Made by a program: the position numbers and the translations under genes. Positions 34,299 through 44,388 of a DNA stretch of 64,000 bases are shown piece after piece. The notes beneath the pieces are model-generated. The model was not told the origin of the DNA and did not search any database. It saw only the letters and a list, made by a program, of their open reading frames with translations. Positions within the stretch are counted from its first letter, which is position 1. The number at the start of each line of letters is the position of its first letter. Source of the stretch: an uncultured Desulfosporosinus sp. (lineage in GTDB: Bacteria > Bacillota > Desulfitobacteriia > Desulfitobacteriales > Desulfitobacteriaceae); assembly GCA_927405585.1 (NCBI GenBank), contig CAKMJS010000060.1, forward strand, positions 14,883 through 78,882, given 5' to 3'.

Positions 34299-36449
34299 AT
34301 GGAATACCTAAGCGGAGTGGTCGAGAGAGTTACCTACGAAAATGAAGACAATGGCTTTAGTGTCATTAAAATAAAATCCAAGGGCTATTCTGACCTCGTA
34401 ACGGTCGTGGGAAGCCTCGCTGCCGTAAATGTCGGCTCCATCATTCGACTGAAAGGCGAATGGAAGATGGACAGCAAGTTCGGGAAGCAGTTTGCCGCGC
34501 AGGATTATCGTGAAACCCTTCCAGCCACGGTGGCTGGTATTCAAAAATACTTGGGAAGTGGACTGATCAAGGGCATCGGACCGGTGTATGCTAAGCGAAT
34601 TGTTCAACATTTCCAAGAAGACACTTTAAGGGTGTTAGAGGAGGAAGCGGACTATTTAGTAAAAGTTGAGGGCATCGGGCAAAAGCGAGTGGACATGATC
34701 AAAAAAGCCTGGCAGGAGCAAAAGGAAATTAAGAATGTCATGCTCTTTTTGCAAAGCAAGGGTGTCTCCACAGCCTTTGCAGTGAAAATCTATAAGACTT
34801 ATGGCAATGACAGCATCGAAATTGTGAAGACCAATCCCTATCGACTAGCAGATGACATCTGGGGCATTGGCTTCAAGACGGCGGATAAAATAGCCTTGCA
34901 AATGGGTTTTGAGAAAAACTCCTTTGAACGCTGTCGCTCAGGAATCGTGTATGTCCTGAACGAACTTTCCAATGATGGACACTGCTATGGCAGAAGAGAT
35001 CAGCTTCTGGAAGAGGCGGAAAAAATCCTTGAAATTGAGAAATTACAGCTTGACTCCACGCTGAATCGGCTGATCGAGGAGAAGGTCGTCATGCTCGATG
35101 GTGAGGATGCGATCTTTTTGCTGCCCTTTTATCACAGTGAAGTGGGAATCGCCAACAGAATGAAGGAGATTCTTTTAGTCAATACTCTCTACACCATGAC
35201 CAACCTGGAGGATATCGTTGAGACGATAGAAACGCAGTGTGACATTCGCTACGACGAAGTGCAAAAAGATGCAGTCAAGACGGCAGCGGCTTCCAAATTC
35301 ATGGTACTGACGGGGGGGCCAGGCACAGGTAAAACCACCACCACTTTAGCCATTATCAAGGTCTTTCAATTACTGGGTGCTCGAGTCTTACTGGGGGCAC
35401 CGACGGGTAGAGCGGCCAAACGACTGTCAGAGACCACAGGGTTAGAGGCGAAAACTATTCACCGTTTACTCGAATACAAGCCACCGGAGGGTTATAAGAA
35501 GAATGCCGACTACCCCTTGGAATGTGATGTGCTGATTATCGATGAGACGTCGATGGTCGACACCATCTTGATGTACAACTTACTCAAAGCGGTAGCTAAT
35601 GAAACCGTGGTTATTTTAGTAGGTGATGTCGATCAGCTGCCCTCGGTAGGCGCTGGAAATGTACTGAACGACATTATCGACTCCGGTGTCGTGAGTGTCG
35701 TTCAGCTCACAAGGATCTTTCGCCAGGCCCAGGGTAGTGCCATTATCACCAACGCCCATAAAATTAATCAAGGAGACTTTCCAGACTTGAAGGGTAAGCG
35801 GGATAGTGACTTCTTTTTCATTGAGGAAGAGGAGCCGACCAAGGTGGTCCAAACGATTAAGGAGCTCTGTACTAAGAGGCTCCCTGCTTTTTACAAGGTC
35901 GACTCAATCAATGACATTCAGGTGCTGTGCCCCATGCAACGTGGCGAAACAGGCGCAGTCAACCTCAATGCAGTTTTGCAGGAGGCCTTGAATTCCTCCC
36001 ATCTTTCGATTAAATATGGTGGTACCGTCTACAAGCTAGGCGACAAGATCATGCAGATCAAGAATAATTATGATAAGAACGTTTTTAATGGAGATATTGG
36101 AAGTATCGCTAAAATTGACACCGAAGAACGAACCCTTGTCTTGAACTTTGATGGAAATCTCGTCGATTACGATGGGACCGAGCTTGATGAAGTCGTATTG
36201 GCCTATGCCACCACCATTCATAAGAGTCAAGGCAGTGAGTATAAGATAGTCGTAGCACCCTTAACTATGCAACACTATGTGATGCTGCAGAGAAATCTTC
36301 TCTATACGTGTGTCACGAGAGCTAAGAACGTGTTCGTGCTAGTCGGGACCAAGAAGGCAATTAGTATGGCGGTCCGTAATAATAAGACGTCGAAAAGGAA
36401 TACCCTCTTAGCGGAGAGATTATCATCAATTCACCAGATAAAGGACTGA
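34299..36449 (+). CDS. recD2: RecD2 (RecD-like SF1 helicase)
   Basis: VERVTYENEDNGF, GLIKGIG, NPYRLA, LTGGPGTGKTT, APTGRAA, IDETSM, TIHKSQGSE, YTCVTRA. Confidence 0.92.
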   Translation: MEYLSGVVERVTYENEDNGFSVIKIKSKGYSDLVTVVGSLAAVNVGSIIRLKGEWKMDSKFGKQFAAQDYRETLPATVAGIQKYLGSGLIKGIGPVYAKRIVQHFQEDTLRVLEEEADYLVKVEGIGQKRVDMIKKAWQEQKEIKNVMLFLQSKGVSTAFAVKIYKTYGNDSIEIVKTNPYRLADDIWGIGFKTADKIALQMGFEKNSFERCRSGIVYVLNELSNDGHCYGRRDQLLEEAEKILEIEKLQLDSTLNRLIEEKVVMLDGEDAIFLLPFYHSEVGIANRMKEILLVNTLYTMTNLEDIVETIETQCDIRYDEVQKDAVKTAAASKFMVLTGGPGTGKTTTTLAIIKVFQLLGARVLLGAPTGRAAKRLSETTGLEAKTIHRLLEYKPPEGYKKNADYPLECDVLIIDETSMVDTILMYNLLKAVANETVVILVGDVDQLPSVGAGNVLNDIIDSGVVSVVQLTRIFRQAQGSAIITNAHKINQGDFPDLKGKRDSDFFFIEEEEPTKVVQTIKELCTKRLPAFYKVDSINDIQVLCPMQRGETGAVNLNAVLQEALNSSHLSIKYGGTVYKLGDKIMQIKNNYDKNVFNGDIGSIAKIDTEERTLVLNFDGNLVDYDGTELDEVVLAYATTIHKSQGSEYKIVVAPLTMQHYVMLQRNLLYTCVTRAKNVFVLVGTKKAISMAVRNNKTSKRNTLLAERLSSIHQIKD

Positions 36450-36454
36450 AAATC

Positions 36455-36838
36455 ATGAAAGAAGTAACCGCGGCTATTCTTAGGAAAGAGGACAAGGTCC
36501 TGATCGCCCAACGGGCACCCGGTGAGAACTTAGCCGGCAAATGGGAGTTTCCCGGTGGCAAAATCGAACCCGGTGAGACTCCTCAGGAATGTCTGAAGCG
36601 AGAAATCCGCGAAGAACTAGACGTTGATATCGACGTTTTGGATTTCTTTGCTGAAAGTATCTATACCTATCATAGTGGAACCATCAAGCTGATCGCTTTC
36701 TGGTGTCAGTGGATTTCGAAGGACTTCAAGCTGAGCGTGCACAGCCGGATCGAATGGGTTACCCGCCAGGAGCTAGACCTCTATGACTTCGCCCCAGCAG
36801 ATCTTCCACTTGTGGAACAGCTGAAGGCACGCTATTAA
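36455..36838 (+). CDS. MutT/NudG-like NUDIX hydrolase
   Basis: WEFPGGKIEPGETPQECLKREIREEL Nudix box; FAPAD. Confidence 0.92.
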   Translation: MKEVTAAILRKEDKVLIAQRAPGENLAGKWEFPGGKIEPGETPQECLKREIREELDVDIDVLDFFAESIYTYHSGTIKLIAFWCQWISKDFKLSVHSRIEWVTRQELDLYDFAPADLPLVEQLKARY

Positions 36839-36852
36839 CGCAAAGATGTTGA

Positions 36853-38532
36853 CTAGCTCTGCGTTGCAACTACAACTCGGTTACGTCCTTCGTTTTTAGC
36901 ACAATACAGAGCTTCATCAGCCAGTGCCACAACTTGTTCTGGTGATGCTAATCTAGTCGGGTAAACGGTTACAACTCCGAGGCTAACCGTAACGTATTCT
37001 GCAGTGTCGGATGCAAAGTGTGCAATTGCGAGCGCTTCAACTGCTTTCCGGATTCGTTTTGCCAAAGCGTTGGCCCCAAGCTCTTCGGTTTCCGGTAGTA
37101 TAACCACAAACTCTTCTCCACCATAGCGTGCGACAATGTCAGGTGCTCGCCCAACAATAGATTTAAGCGTCTTTCCAATCTGTCTCAGACAATCATCCCC
37201 AGCTAAATGGCCATAGCTATCATTGAATTTCTTGAAATGATCGACATCGAGTAGGATAAGCGACAATGTAGACCCAGAGCGTTTCAACCTGAAAAATTCT
37301 GTTTTGAGCGCCTCATCAAAATATCTGCGATTCGCCAACCCGGTCAGACTGTCAGTGATCGAATTGAGCTGAGCGGTGTTTCTCTCGATTTCGAGCTGTT
37401 GAACCAGCTCTTGAATTTTCTGTTCTGCCAGTTTGCGTTCTGTAATGTCACGCACAATAAAGACCATTTTGGTCGGTTGTCCGTTTACGTTTCGAACAAA
37501 TCCACTATTTACTTCGATATCAAAGATACTTTGATCCTGACGCACTCCACGGTATTCATTGGGTCTCGGAGAACCGCCTTGGTACATGAGCCGGATGTTG
37601 GCCTGAGCTCTCTCCACATCCTCGGACACGATGAAGTCAAGGAGCCTCATGCCAATAAAACTATCAAAATCTGGTTCGTAACCAAACATCTTTTTTGCCG
37701 CCGGGGAAATCATCTGGATGTGCCCCTCAAGATCCGTGATCGTGATATCATCAGGAGAGGCGTTGAGGACAGAGCGATACTTTTCTTCGCTTTCCATCAG
37801 TGCCTCCTCAACGTACTTGCGCTCGGATAAAACCAGTTGCAATTTTTCTTTTTCTTCACGAATTTCAGCATTGAGACGCTGATTATGCATGATGATGAAC
37901 CCAAAGGTCCAAAGCGTACTGGTGATGATTGGAACGACAAAGCTTGCTATAAGAATCGAAGCTTGGTCAAGATACGTGTTCATTGGAGGGAACACAAGTG
38001 CCCAATATACACGCATGATCATAAAACATCCATAGGCAAGAAAAACAGCGGCGGTAAAATTGGCCGAGACAGAGTTACGACTGTCCTTTTTAAATAACAG
38101 CTTGTATGCGGTCATTAATGAAATTGTAGCTAACGTAGTAGTTAAAACAATTGTACGTGATGAAACGTCATAATAGACAAACATGTAAAAATAATATAAA
38201 AGGGTAAATACAACAAAAATCGAACTAAGTATCCACCGATTTTCTTTCTTTTCAAGGAACTGCATAATGCTGAGATATAGAAAGATTTGCCCTAAAACCA
38301 CCAAGGGATTTGCGATTCTAGCGAACATCTCTAGTGATTTTACGGTTACCATGGGCATTAAAATAGCCCCTAATGCCATAAGACTTGAACCCAGAAACCA
38401 CCATCCGATCCCCCGATAGGTTCTATTCACTCTATATTGGACAGAAAGAGCGATAACCTGGGAGACAAAGGCTAGGCTCAGGATAAAAGCAAGGGTTTTA
38501 ATGTCAAGGTTAATAAATATCCCTCCTGACAT
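36853..38532 (-). CDS. Membrane-anchored PAS-GGDEF diguanylate cyclase
   Basis: About 7 TM, PAS, DSLTGLANRR, RAPD I-site, RYGGEEF. Confidence 0.92.
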   Translation of the reverse strand: MSGGIFINLDIKTLAFILSLAFVSQVIALSVQYRVNRTYRGIGWWFLGSSLMALGAILMPMVTVKSLEMFARIANPLVVLGQIFLYLSIMQFLEKKENRWILSSIFVVFTLLYYFYMFVYYDVSSRTIVLTTTLATISLMTAYKLLFKKDSRNSVSANFTAAVFLAYGCFMIMRVYWALVFPPMNTYLDQASILIASFVVPIITSTLWTFGFIIMHNQRLNAEIREEKEKLQLVLSERKYVEEALMESEEKYRSVLNASPDDITITDLEGHIQMISPAAKKMFGYEPDFDSFIGMRLLDFIVSEDVERAQANIRLMYQGGSPRPNEYRGVRQDQSIFDIEVNSGFVRNVNGQPTKMVFIVRDITERKLAEQKIQELVQQLEIERNTAQLNSITDSLTGLANRRYFDEALKTEFFRLKRSGSTLSLILLDVDHFKKFNDSYGHLAGDDCLRQIGKTLKSIVGRAPDIVARYGGEEFVVILPETEELGANALAKRIRKAVEALAIAHFASDTAEYVTVSLGVVTVYPTRLASPEQVVALADEALYCAKNEGRNRVVVATQS

Positions 38533-38740
38533 GCAGTCTGATACTCACATCCTACATGTTAGACTAGAATATTACAAGATGCACTAAAGACCGACAGAGT
38601 AATCTTACTTAAGTAACGAGAGAAAAATAGATAAGGTGCGAATTAAATGTAGTAATTCGCACGAGTTATTGCGTATTAATAACGTGATCGGTTTTTGGTC
38701 GCTGAGGAGAAGTTAAGCAATTTTGCATGAGATGAGGGTT

Positions 38741-39559
38741 TTAAACTGGAAGCCGATAATAAGGGAGATAAAGTGTTGGTGTGAATCCGAGTTTGTGAGC
38801 CAACTGGTAGGAGGGGGTATTTTCCATACGACACGCCCAAATAGGTTCTAATCCATTTTCGATACAGTAATTAATGAGGACTGAGCAAACGGTTAAAGCA
38901 AACCCTTTTCCTCGATATTTTTCTACGGTCTCAATCCCAATTTCTAATTGGTTCTCAAACCTACAGGACGAAAAAGCTGTAGAAGCCACTTCTCCATCAT
39001 AAATCAAGCTAAAGCCAATGCCTTCATTTTGGAATTGATCGTCGTTTCCCCAAAAGTATTTTGGAAGGACACTTCCCGGCATCGTATTTAACACTTCTTG
39101 AGTTGAACGTACTATTGGGTGTTCTTGTGTATCTAATTGAGGTCTAAATTTCATATATTTACTTATATTAAACGTGAAATTGACTCTTGTATTTTGTAGA
39201 ACTCTATTCAGATCTGCAGAAGCATTTTTCACTAAATTCGAGCCCAAAATTGTTTCTATTTTGCGGTTCCAAGAAGTTGGAAAGGCTTGCAACCATTCAT
39301 AGTGATTCCGAACCTTATCCTTATTAATCAAATAATGAAATAAATCATCATTAAACATATCATTATTCGTATCTCCAAATATTAGTGACATTCCGTAAGG
39401 ATGCGCGATATAAAATGCTTGGGGTTCTTTAACATTATCAACATAAACTGAGCCACTTACTTTATGATCAATCACTGCTTTAGCAAATAAAATATTAATT
39501 GGTAAACTCTCCATTGGTGCAACAACTTGAACATAATCATTAACCTCTAGCTTTATCAT
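38741..39559 (-). CDS. GNAT acetyltransferase
   Basis: LEIGIETVEKYRGKGFA, WACRMENTPSYQLAHKLGF. Confidence 0.85.
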   Translation of the reverse strand: MIKLEVNDYVQVVAPMESLPINILFAKAVIDHKVSGSVYVDNVKEPQAFYIAHPYGMSLIFGDTNNDMFNDDLFHYLINKDKVRNHYEWLQAFPTSWNRKIETILGSNLVKNASADLNRVLQNTRVNFTFNISKYMKFRPQLDTQEHPIVRSTQEVLNTMPGSVLPKYFWGNDDQFQNEGIGFSLIYDGEVASTAFSSCRFENQLEIGIETVEKYRGKGFALTVCSVLINYCIENGLEPIWACRMENTPSYQLAHKLGFTPTLYLPYYRLPV

Positions 39560-39634
39560 GGCAATGCCCCTTATGAATTAATAATCAATTGCATTTCACA
39601 TCTGAATTGATTATATTAAGCTTAATTGATGGGG

Positions 39635-39678
39635 CTGGTATATACTAGAAAATAATTGCTAATCTATACCGGTATAGA
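39635..39678. promoter_or_regulatory. Probable MocR operator
   Basis: Perfect 16-bp palindrome TCTATACCGGTATAGA (39663-39678) plus a direct half-site CTGGTATA near 39635. Confidence 0.6.
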
Positions 39679-39689
39679 AATGAGGTAAT

Positions 39690-41033
39690 ATGATCTATAA
39701 GTATCAATTAGTTGCTGATTTACTAAGGCAAAAAATTGCTTGCGGAGTCTATAAGTCAGGTGAAAAGCTACCATCAGTCCAGGCCCTTTCTAAGGAATTG
39801 CTCTATAATTCAGATACCATCGTGAAGGCTTATAAAGTTCTAGAAGCAGACCATTTAATTGTTTCCTTTCCGAAAAGTGGTTATTATGTTGTGAAATCTT
39901 CGGTACCAGTAAAAGGTAGAAATGATGTAGTCGATATGGTGACGACTGGTCCGCCCGATTACATAAATCCCTACAAGGATTTTTATCATTGTATGGAAAA
40001 AGCAATATCGATCTATGAAAAAAAGCTGTTTGAGTATTCGTCAGCGCAGGGGATGCCGGAATTGATTCATAGTTTAGTCAAGCACTTGGCTAATTTCCAA
40101 GTCTTTACAAAACCACAAAATGTTTTTATAACCAATGGCTCACAGCAAGCTTTGTACATTCTAGCCGCTATTTCTTTTCCTAATGGTCGAACCAAAGTTC
40201 TAGTAGAGCAACCAACCTATTCTGTCATGCTTCAAGTCATGAAATGCACGAAAACATCAGTTGTAGGCATTCGAAGAACACATGAGGGTATTAACCTAAA
40301 CGAATTGGAATCAATATTTCGACAAGGAGATATTAAATTCTTTTACACTATGCCAAGATATCAAAACCCTACGGGATTTTGCTTTGATGTTGCTCAAAAA
40401 AAAGAAATCATTAGGCTTGCGAAAAAGTATGAAGTCTATATTGTCGAGGACGATTATTTGGCAGACCTAGAACTGGATACTAAGATAGACCCGATGTACG
40501 CAATGGGAGAACAAGAGCGGATGATTTACATTCGGAGCTTTTCAAAAACTTTGTTACCGGGATTGCGTCTGGGAATGGTTATCTTACCAAGCAAACTTCA
40601 GAAGGAATTTTTAACCTATAAGCAGAGCATCGATCTGAACTCCCCGATCCTCACCCAGGGAGCGCTGGAGATTTACTTGCACAGTAGTATGTATAAGTTT
40701 CATGTGCAACGAACAAAAAAGTATTACAAAGAAAAGATGGATGTTTTACGAGATGCAATTGAGCATCATCCAAATGGATTAGTGAAAGGTAATATGCCGA
40801 CAACAGGGATCTATGCTTGCTTAGAGTTAAATGACGTTTCATCGGAACTTCTCGTTAACAGGTTGTCGAAAAATAAGGTACTCTTGAGCAGTACAAACAG
40901 TTGTTATCTCGATGATTTTCCTCACCGAGACGGTTTACGCCTATGTGTTTGTAAAACGGAGGATGATGAGATTCGACGAACTGTTAAGCTTATTTCTGAG
41001 GAAGTAACCTACTTGCATAGAAAGAGGAAATAA
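39690..41033 (+). CDS. MocR/GabR-type GntR regulator (wHTH plus PLP aminotransferase fold)
   Basis: GEKLPSVQ, VEQPTY, QNPTG, IVEDD, SFSKTLLPGLRLG. Confidence 0.9.
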   Translation: MIYKYQLVADLLRQKIACGVYKSGEKLPSVQALSKELLYNSDTIVKAYKVLEADHLIVSFPKSGYYVVKSSVPVKGRNDVVDMVTTGPPDYINPYKDFYHCMEKAISIYEKKLFEYSSAQGMPELIHSLVKHLANFQVFTKPQNVFITNGSQQALYILAAISFPNGRTKVLVEQPTYSVMLQVMKCTKTSVVGIRRTHEGINLNELESIFRQGDIKFFYTMPRYQNPTGFCFDVAQKKEIIRLAKKYEVYIVEDDYLADLELDTKIDPMYAMGEQERMIYIRSFSKTLLPGLRLGMVILPSKLQKEFLTYKQSIDLNSPILTQGALEIYLHSSMYKFHVQRTKKYYKEKMDVLRDAIEHHPNGLVKGNMPTTGIYACLELNDVSSELLVNRLSKNKVLLSSTNSCYLDDFPHRDGLRLCVCKTEDDEIRRTVKLISEEVTYLHRKRK

Positions 41034-41060
41034 TGGTGTGTCAAAGGAATTTACTAAACT

Positions 41061-41098
41061 AACAAAAGCCAATCACAATCCCGTGATCGGCTTTTGTT
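41061..41098 (+). terminator. Intrinsic terminator
   Basis: AACAAAAGCCAATCAC...GTGATCGGCTTTTGTT. Confidence 0.75.
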
Positions 41099-41146
41099 AT
41101 GTCTTTTTTTATGAAGAGATTATTTATAAATTCTATTAATTTAGTA

Positions 41147-41175
41147 TTGACAAATGAAAGTAAGAGTGATATTTT
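41147..41175 (+). promoter_or_regulatory. SigA promoter
   Basis: TTGACA-N17-TATTTT with TG extension. Confidence 0.7.
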
Positions 41176-41180
41176 AAAAA

Positions 41181-41313
41181 CTGAACGTTGATCAAATCAG
41201 TATACAAGACTTCGTTCAAGAGTGTGTCCATTTTGGAATGTGAATCAACATTTGATGTCACAAATGGATCTTTAGCAAGACGAGTTTACTGATTGGGGAA
41301 TGTCTTTACTCAG
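41181..41313 (+). ncRNA. Putative structured 5' leader (long imperfect hairpin)
   Basis: Nested complements AATCAGTA/TACTGATT, TCCATTT/AAATGGA, TGTGA/TCACA, ATCAA/TTGAT, starting at the predicted transcription start. Confidence 0.45.
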
Positions 41314-41357
41314 TAGGCAGCGGTGGTGGTCATGTCGAAAAAAATAAAAAATGGAGG

Positions 41358-41792
41358 TTGTTTACTATGGTCGATTTAAAAAAGGAATTCTTTCCAGGAG
41401 ATGAAGTGCTTTTCATGGGATACTCAGCGAAAAACCAAGGGTTTAGCAGTAAAATTTATCAGGCATTCTCTAATCATGGCATTAAGGTTTACCCGCTAAA
41501 CAGCAAAGAGAGTGAAAATTATGCTGTCAAAGTATATAAAAGCATCGACGAATTACCACGAATTCCTAAGACGGCTTATATTCTTCTAAATAAGGAAAGC
41601 ACCAGGAAGGTCATCAAAGAACTATCCAATAAGGGTATTAAAAATATTGTATTTCAAAGGAGTGGAAACGTTGATCGATCCATACTAGAGGAATGTACAA
41701 GATTGGGAATGAAAACAATAGTTGCCTGTCCGATGATGAGCTTTGGTTCAGGAATACATAGATTCCATGGCTTACTTGCAGGGATCAGATAA
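41358..41792 (+). CDS. CoA-binding domain protein (YccU-like)
   Basis: GYSAK, VYPLN, VYKSIDELP, CPMM; GGAGG RBS before TTG. Confidence 0.75.
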   Translation: MFTMVDLKKEFFPGDEVLFMGYSAKNQGFSSKIYQAFSNHGIKVYPLNSKESENYAVKVYKSIDELPRIPKTAYILLNKESTRKVIKELSNKGIKNIVFQRSGNVDRSILEECTRLGMKTIVACPMMSFGSGIHRFHGLLAGIR

Positions 41793-41832
41793 CGAATGCT
41801 TAATACTAACTTTTTTGAAAAGTGGGTTAGAT

Positions 41833-42333
41833 ATGCTAAATCCAAAGCAAATGATGCGGGTAATACTCATGATACTAATAATGGTTTCTACGAGTTTATT
41901 ATATGGATGTAATACAAATGAACAAAAGAGCTCAATCTATGATAATAATGACAAAATCCTACAAGACGGTGATAGTTTTAGTTTCACAGATAGAATCGGA
42001 AAAACAGACGAGAATCGGCTCGATATAAGGTATAACAGATTTTATGGGGTACAGACGATCTGGGTTATCAAGGTCGAAAAACCCGGTGTCATAAACGTTG
42101 ACTACGCGTCAGAGGTCACGAGTGGTGATTTTAAAGTTGTCCTAGAAACTCCAGAGCAGGAACTTATCAGAATTGTCGAAGATAAAGGTAAACGCCAAGG
42201 CTCTCATAAGCTAAATGCCACTGCTGGAACTTATAAAATTAAGATTGTAGGAAAGAACGCCTTTGGTAGAATAAAAGTTGACCTTGAAACAGAGAGTGAA
42301 GTTGAAATCATCGTACAGGATAATAACTCCTGA
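41833..42333 (+). CDS. Lipoprotein, unknown function
   Basis: Hydrophobic leader with lipobox LLYGC; beta-rich body; start trimmed from the ORF track. Confidence 0.7.
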   Translation: MLNPKQMMRVILMILIMVSTSLLYGCNTNEQKSSIYDNNDKILQDGDSFSFTDRIGKTDENRLDIRYNRFYGVQTIWVIKVEKPGVINVDYASEVTSGDFKVVLETPEQELIRIVEDKGKRQGSHKLNATAGTYKIKIVGKNAFGRIKVDLETESEVEIIVQDNNS

Positions 42334-42395
42334 CGTTTGTCAAATCGACACCTTGAAGCAATGTTAGGACTTGATTATAGGGAGGTATCTCCTCT

Positions 42396-42971
42396 ATGAA
42401 AAGCAGTAGTGTAAAAGAAAAGATTATCAATGCTACAACTGAATTAATTGGCGAATGCGAATCCGTTGAAAGCGTGACAATACGAGATATCGCAGCCCAA
42501 GCCGGTGTCGGCATAGGGCTTATCAACTACCACTTTCAAACAAAAGAAAATTTGATTAATCTGAGTGTACAGAAAATCATTGGCAATATCATCAATAATT
42601 TTAATAAATTGTACCAAAGTCTAACCATGGAACCTCTGGAGAAACTTCGATTTATGACCAAACGACTGTGTCTATTTTTAGTACAAAATCAGGGTATTTC
42701 CAGGGTGTCTATTCTTTCTGATTTATTAAACGGGAGTTGCACAGACAACACCTCCCAAACAGTCGAAGCGTATCTCCCTGTGATGAGAGAGGTTTGTGGT
42801 TACAAAAAATCAGATCAGGAACTTAAGCTACTCACCCACATTATGACGGCCACTCTTCAATCGACATTTTTGCGAAGAGATGTTTACATGCAGAATACAG
42901 GAGTAGATTTTTATGATGCCGAACAGCGAGAATTGTTCATTGATCGGATAATTGATAGTCTTTTTAAGTGA
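42396..42971 (+). CDS. TetR/AcrR family regulator
   Basis: VTIRDIAAQAGVGIGLINYHFQTKENL. Confidence 0.92.
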   Translation: MKSSSVKEKIINATTELIGECESVESVTIRDIAAQAGVGIGLINYHFQTKENLINLSVQKIIGNIINNFNKLYQSLTMEPLEKLRFMTKRLCLFLVQNQGISRVSILSDLLNGSCTDNTSQTVEAYLPVMREVCGYKKSDQELKLLTHIMTATLQSTFLRRDVYMQNTGVDFYDAEQRELFIDRIIDSLFK

Positions 42972-43014
42972 GTGGTAGGATTGAATTAATGAATTAATAA
43001 ATAAATTTCAAAGG

Positions 43015-43782
43015 ATGGAACTTACCTTGAAAATACTCGTTATTATAGGAAGTCTGAGAAAAGGAAACACGTATCAAACAGTTCAAAAAATTGAACAATA
43101 TCATAAAAAATTTGCAGGTTGCGAATATGAGTATCTCTTTTTAAAAGATATGAATCTTGGCCTCTGCAAAGGTTGCTTCACCTGTATAGCTAAAGGAGAA
43201 GAGCACTGCCCATTAAAAGATGACAGGGATTTGATTGTTCAAAAAATTGAAGCCTCCGACGGGGTAATATTGGCAAGCCCTAATTATGCTGCCAATGTTT
43301 CATGGCTGATGAAAAATTGTATCGACAGATTTGCCTACACCTGTCATAGGCCGAAATATTTCAATCAAAAATTTATGCTACTAGTAACAAGCGGTAGTTA
43401 TATGGGCGTAAAAAATGCCCTAAAAGCGCTGTCAATTCTGGTTTCGGGAGGCAAAATTATTAGACGCTTGAGTGTTTATAACTCACCAGATATGAATGAA
43501 AGCAAGCGAAAAATACAGGAAGATAAAATTAAAAAGTCCACTGAGGAGTTTGCCAAAGTATTGAGCAAAACGAACGGTTCAAAACCCCCGTTTTCTTATC
43601 TGATCTGGTTCAGTGTGTTTAAAGCTTCGTCGGTGAAAAGTCAAAAAGGGCTTCCTGCTGATTTCCATCACTATAAGGATAAAGAGTATTTTGTCGATTG
43701 TGACCTGAACTCCTTTCAAAAAACATCAATAAAGATATTAACAAGTTTTTTTAGTTTTATGATTACTAAAGGCTTTGTTTAA
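43015..43782 (+). CDS. Flavodoxin-family / NADPH-dependent FMN reductase-like iron-sulfur flavoprotein
   Basis: IGSLRKGNT, CKGCFTC...CPLKDD, ILASPNY. Confidence 0.82.
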   Translation: MELTLKILVIIGSLRKGNTYQTVQKIEQYHKKFAGCEYEYLFLKDMNLGLCKGCFTCIAKGEEHCPLKDDRDLIVQKIEASDGVILASPNYAANVSWLMKNCIDRFAYTCHRPKYFNQKFMLLVTSGSYMGVKNALKALSILVSGGKIIRRLSVYNSPDMNESKRKIQEDKIKKSTEEFAKVLSKTNGSKPPFSYLIWFSVFKASSVKSQKGLPADFHHYKDKEYFVDCDLNSFQKTSIKILTSFFSFMITKGFV

Positions 43783-43832
43783 GGAATATTACATGTGAAA
43801 AGAGGAGCAACTAGAGAAGATGGAGTGATAAA

Positions 43833-44387
43833 ATGTTAAGCCACACGGGGACACAAACAATTGAAACAGAAAGAGTAATTCTAAGGAGATTTGAGTATTC
43901 AGATGCTGATAATATGCTAAGACATTGGATCAGTGACCCTTTAGTACAAGCGCTGTATTGTGAACCGATCTATGCAAATCACAGGGAAGTTACAGAGCTG
44001 CTCAATAAGTATATATCATCGTATGCAAAGACAGATTATTACCGATGGGCAGTTATCTTAAAGGAGACGAATGAATGTATTGGACAGGTTGCGTATTTTC
44101 TTGTGAATAGTGACAATCATTTTGGCGAGATAGAATATTGTATTGGTAGGGCTTTCCAGAAAAAAGGTCTAGCGACGGAAATAACAAAAGCAATTATCCA
44201 ATTTGGTTTCGAAACAGTGAATTTTCACAAAATACAAGTTTGCCACAAAGAAGGCAATCAAGGATCCCAAAAAGTAATTGAGAAATGTGGATTTAAATAT
44301 GAGGGTACGCTTAGAGATTTTTTTTATACCGATGGGAACTATGTCGATAGGTTATATTATTCCTTGCTGAAAGAAGAATGGAATTAG
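43833..44387 (+). CDS. GNAT acetyltransferase, RimJ/RimL type
   Basis: IETERVILRRF, EIEYCIG, SQKVIEKCGFKYEG. Confidence 0.9.
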   Translation: MLSHTGTQTIETERVILRRFEYSDADNMLRHWISDPLVQALYCEPIYANHREVTELLNKYISSYAKTDYYRWAVILKETNECIGQVAYFLVNSDNHFGEIEYCIGRAFQKKGLATEITKAIIQFGFETVNFHKIQVCHKEGNQGSQKVIEKCGFKYEGTLRDFFYTDGNYVDRLYYSLLKEEWN

Positions 44388-44388
44388 G

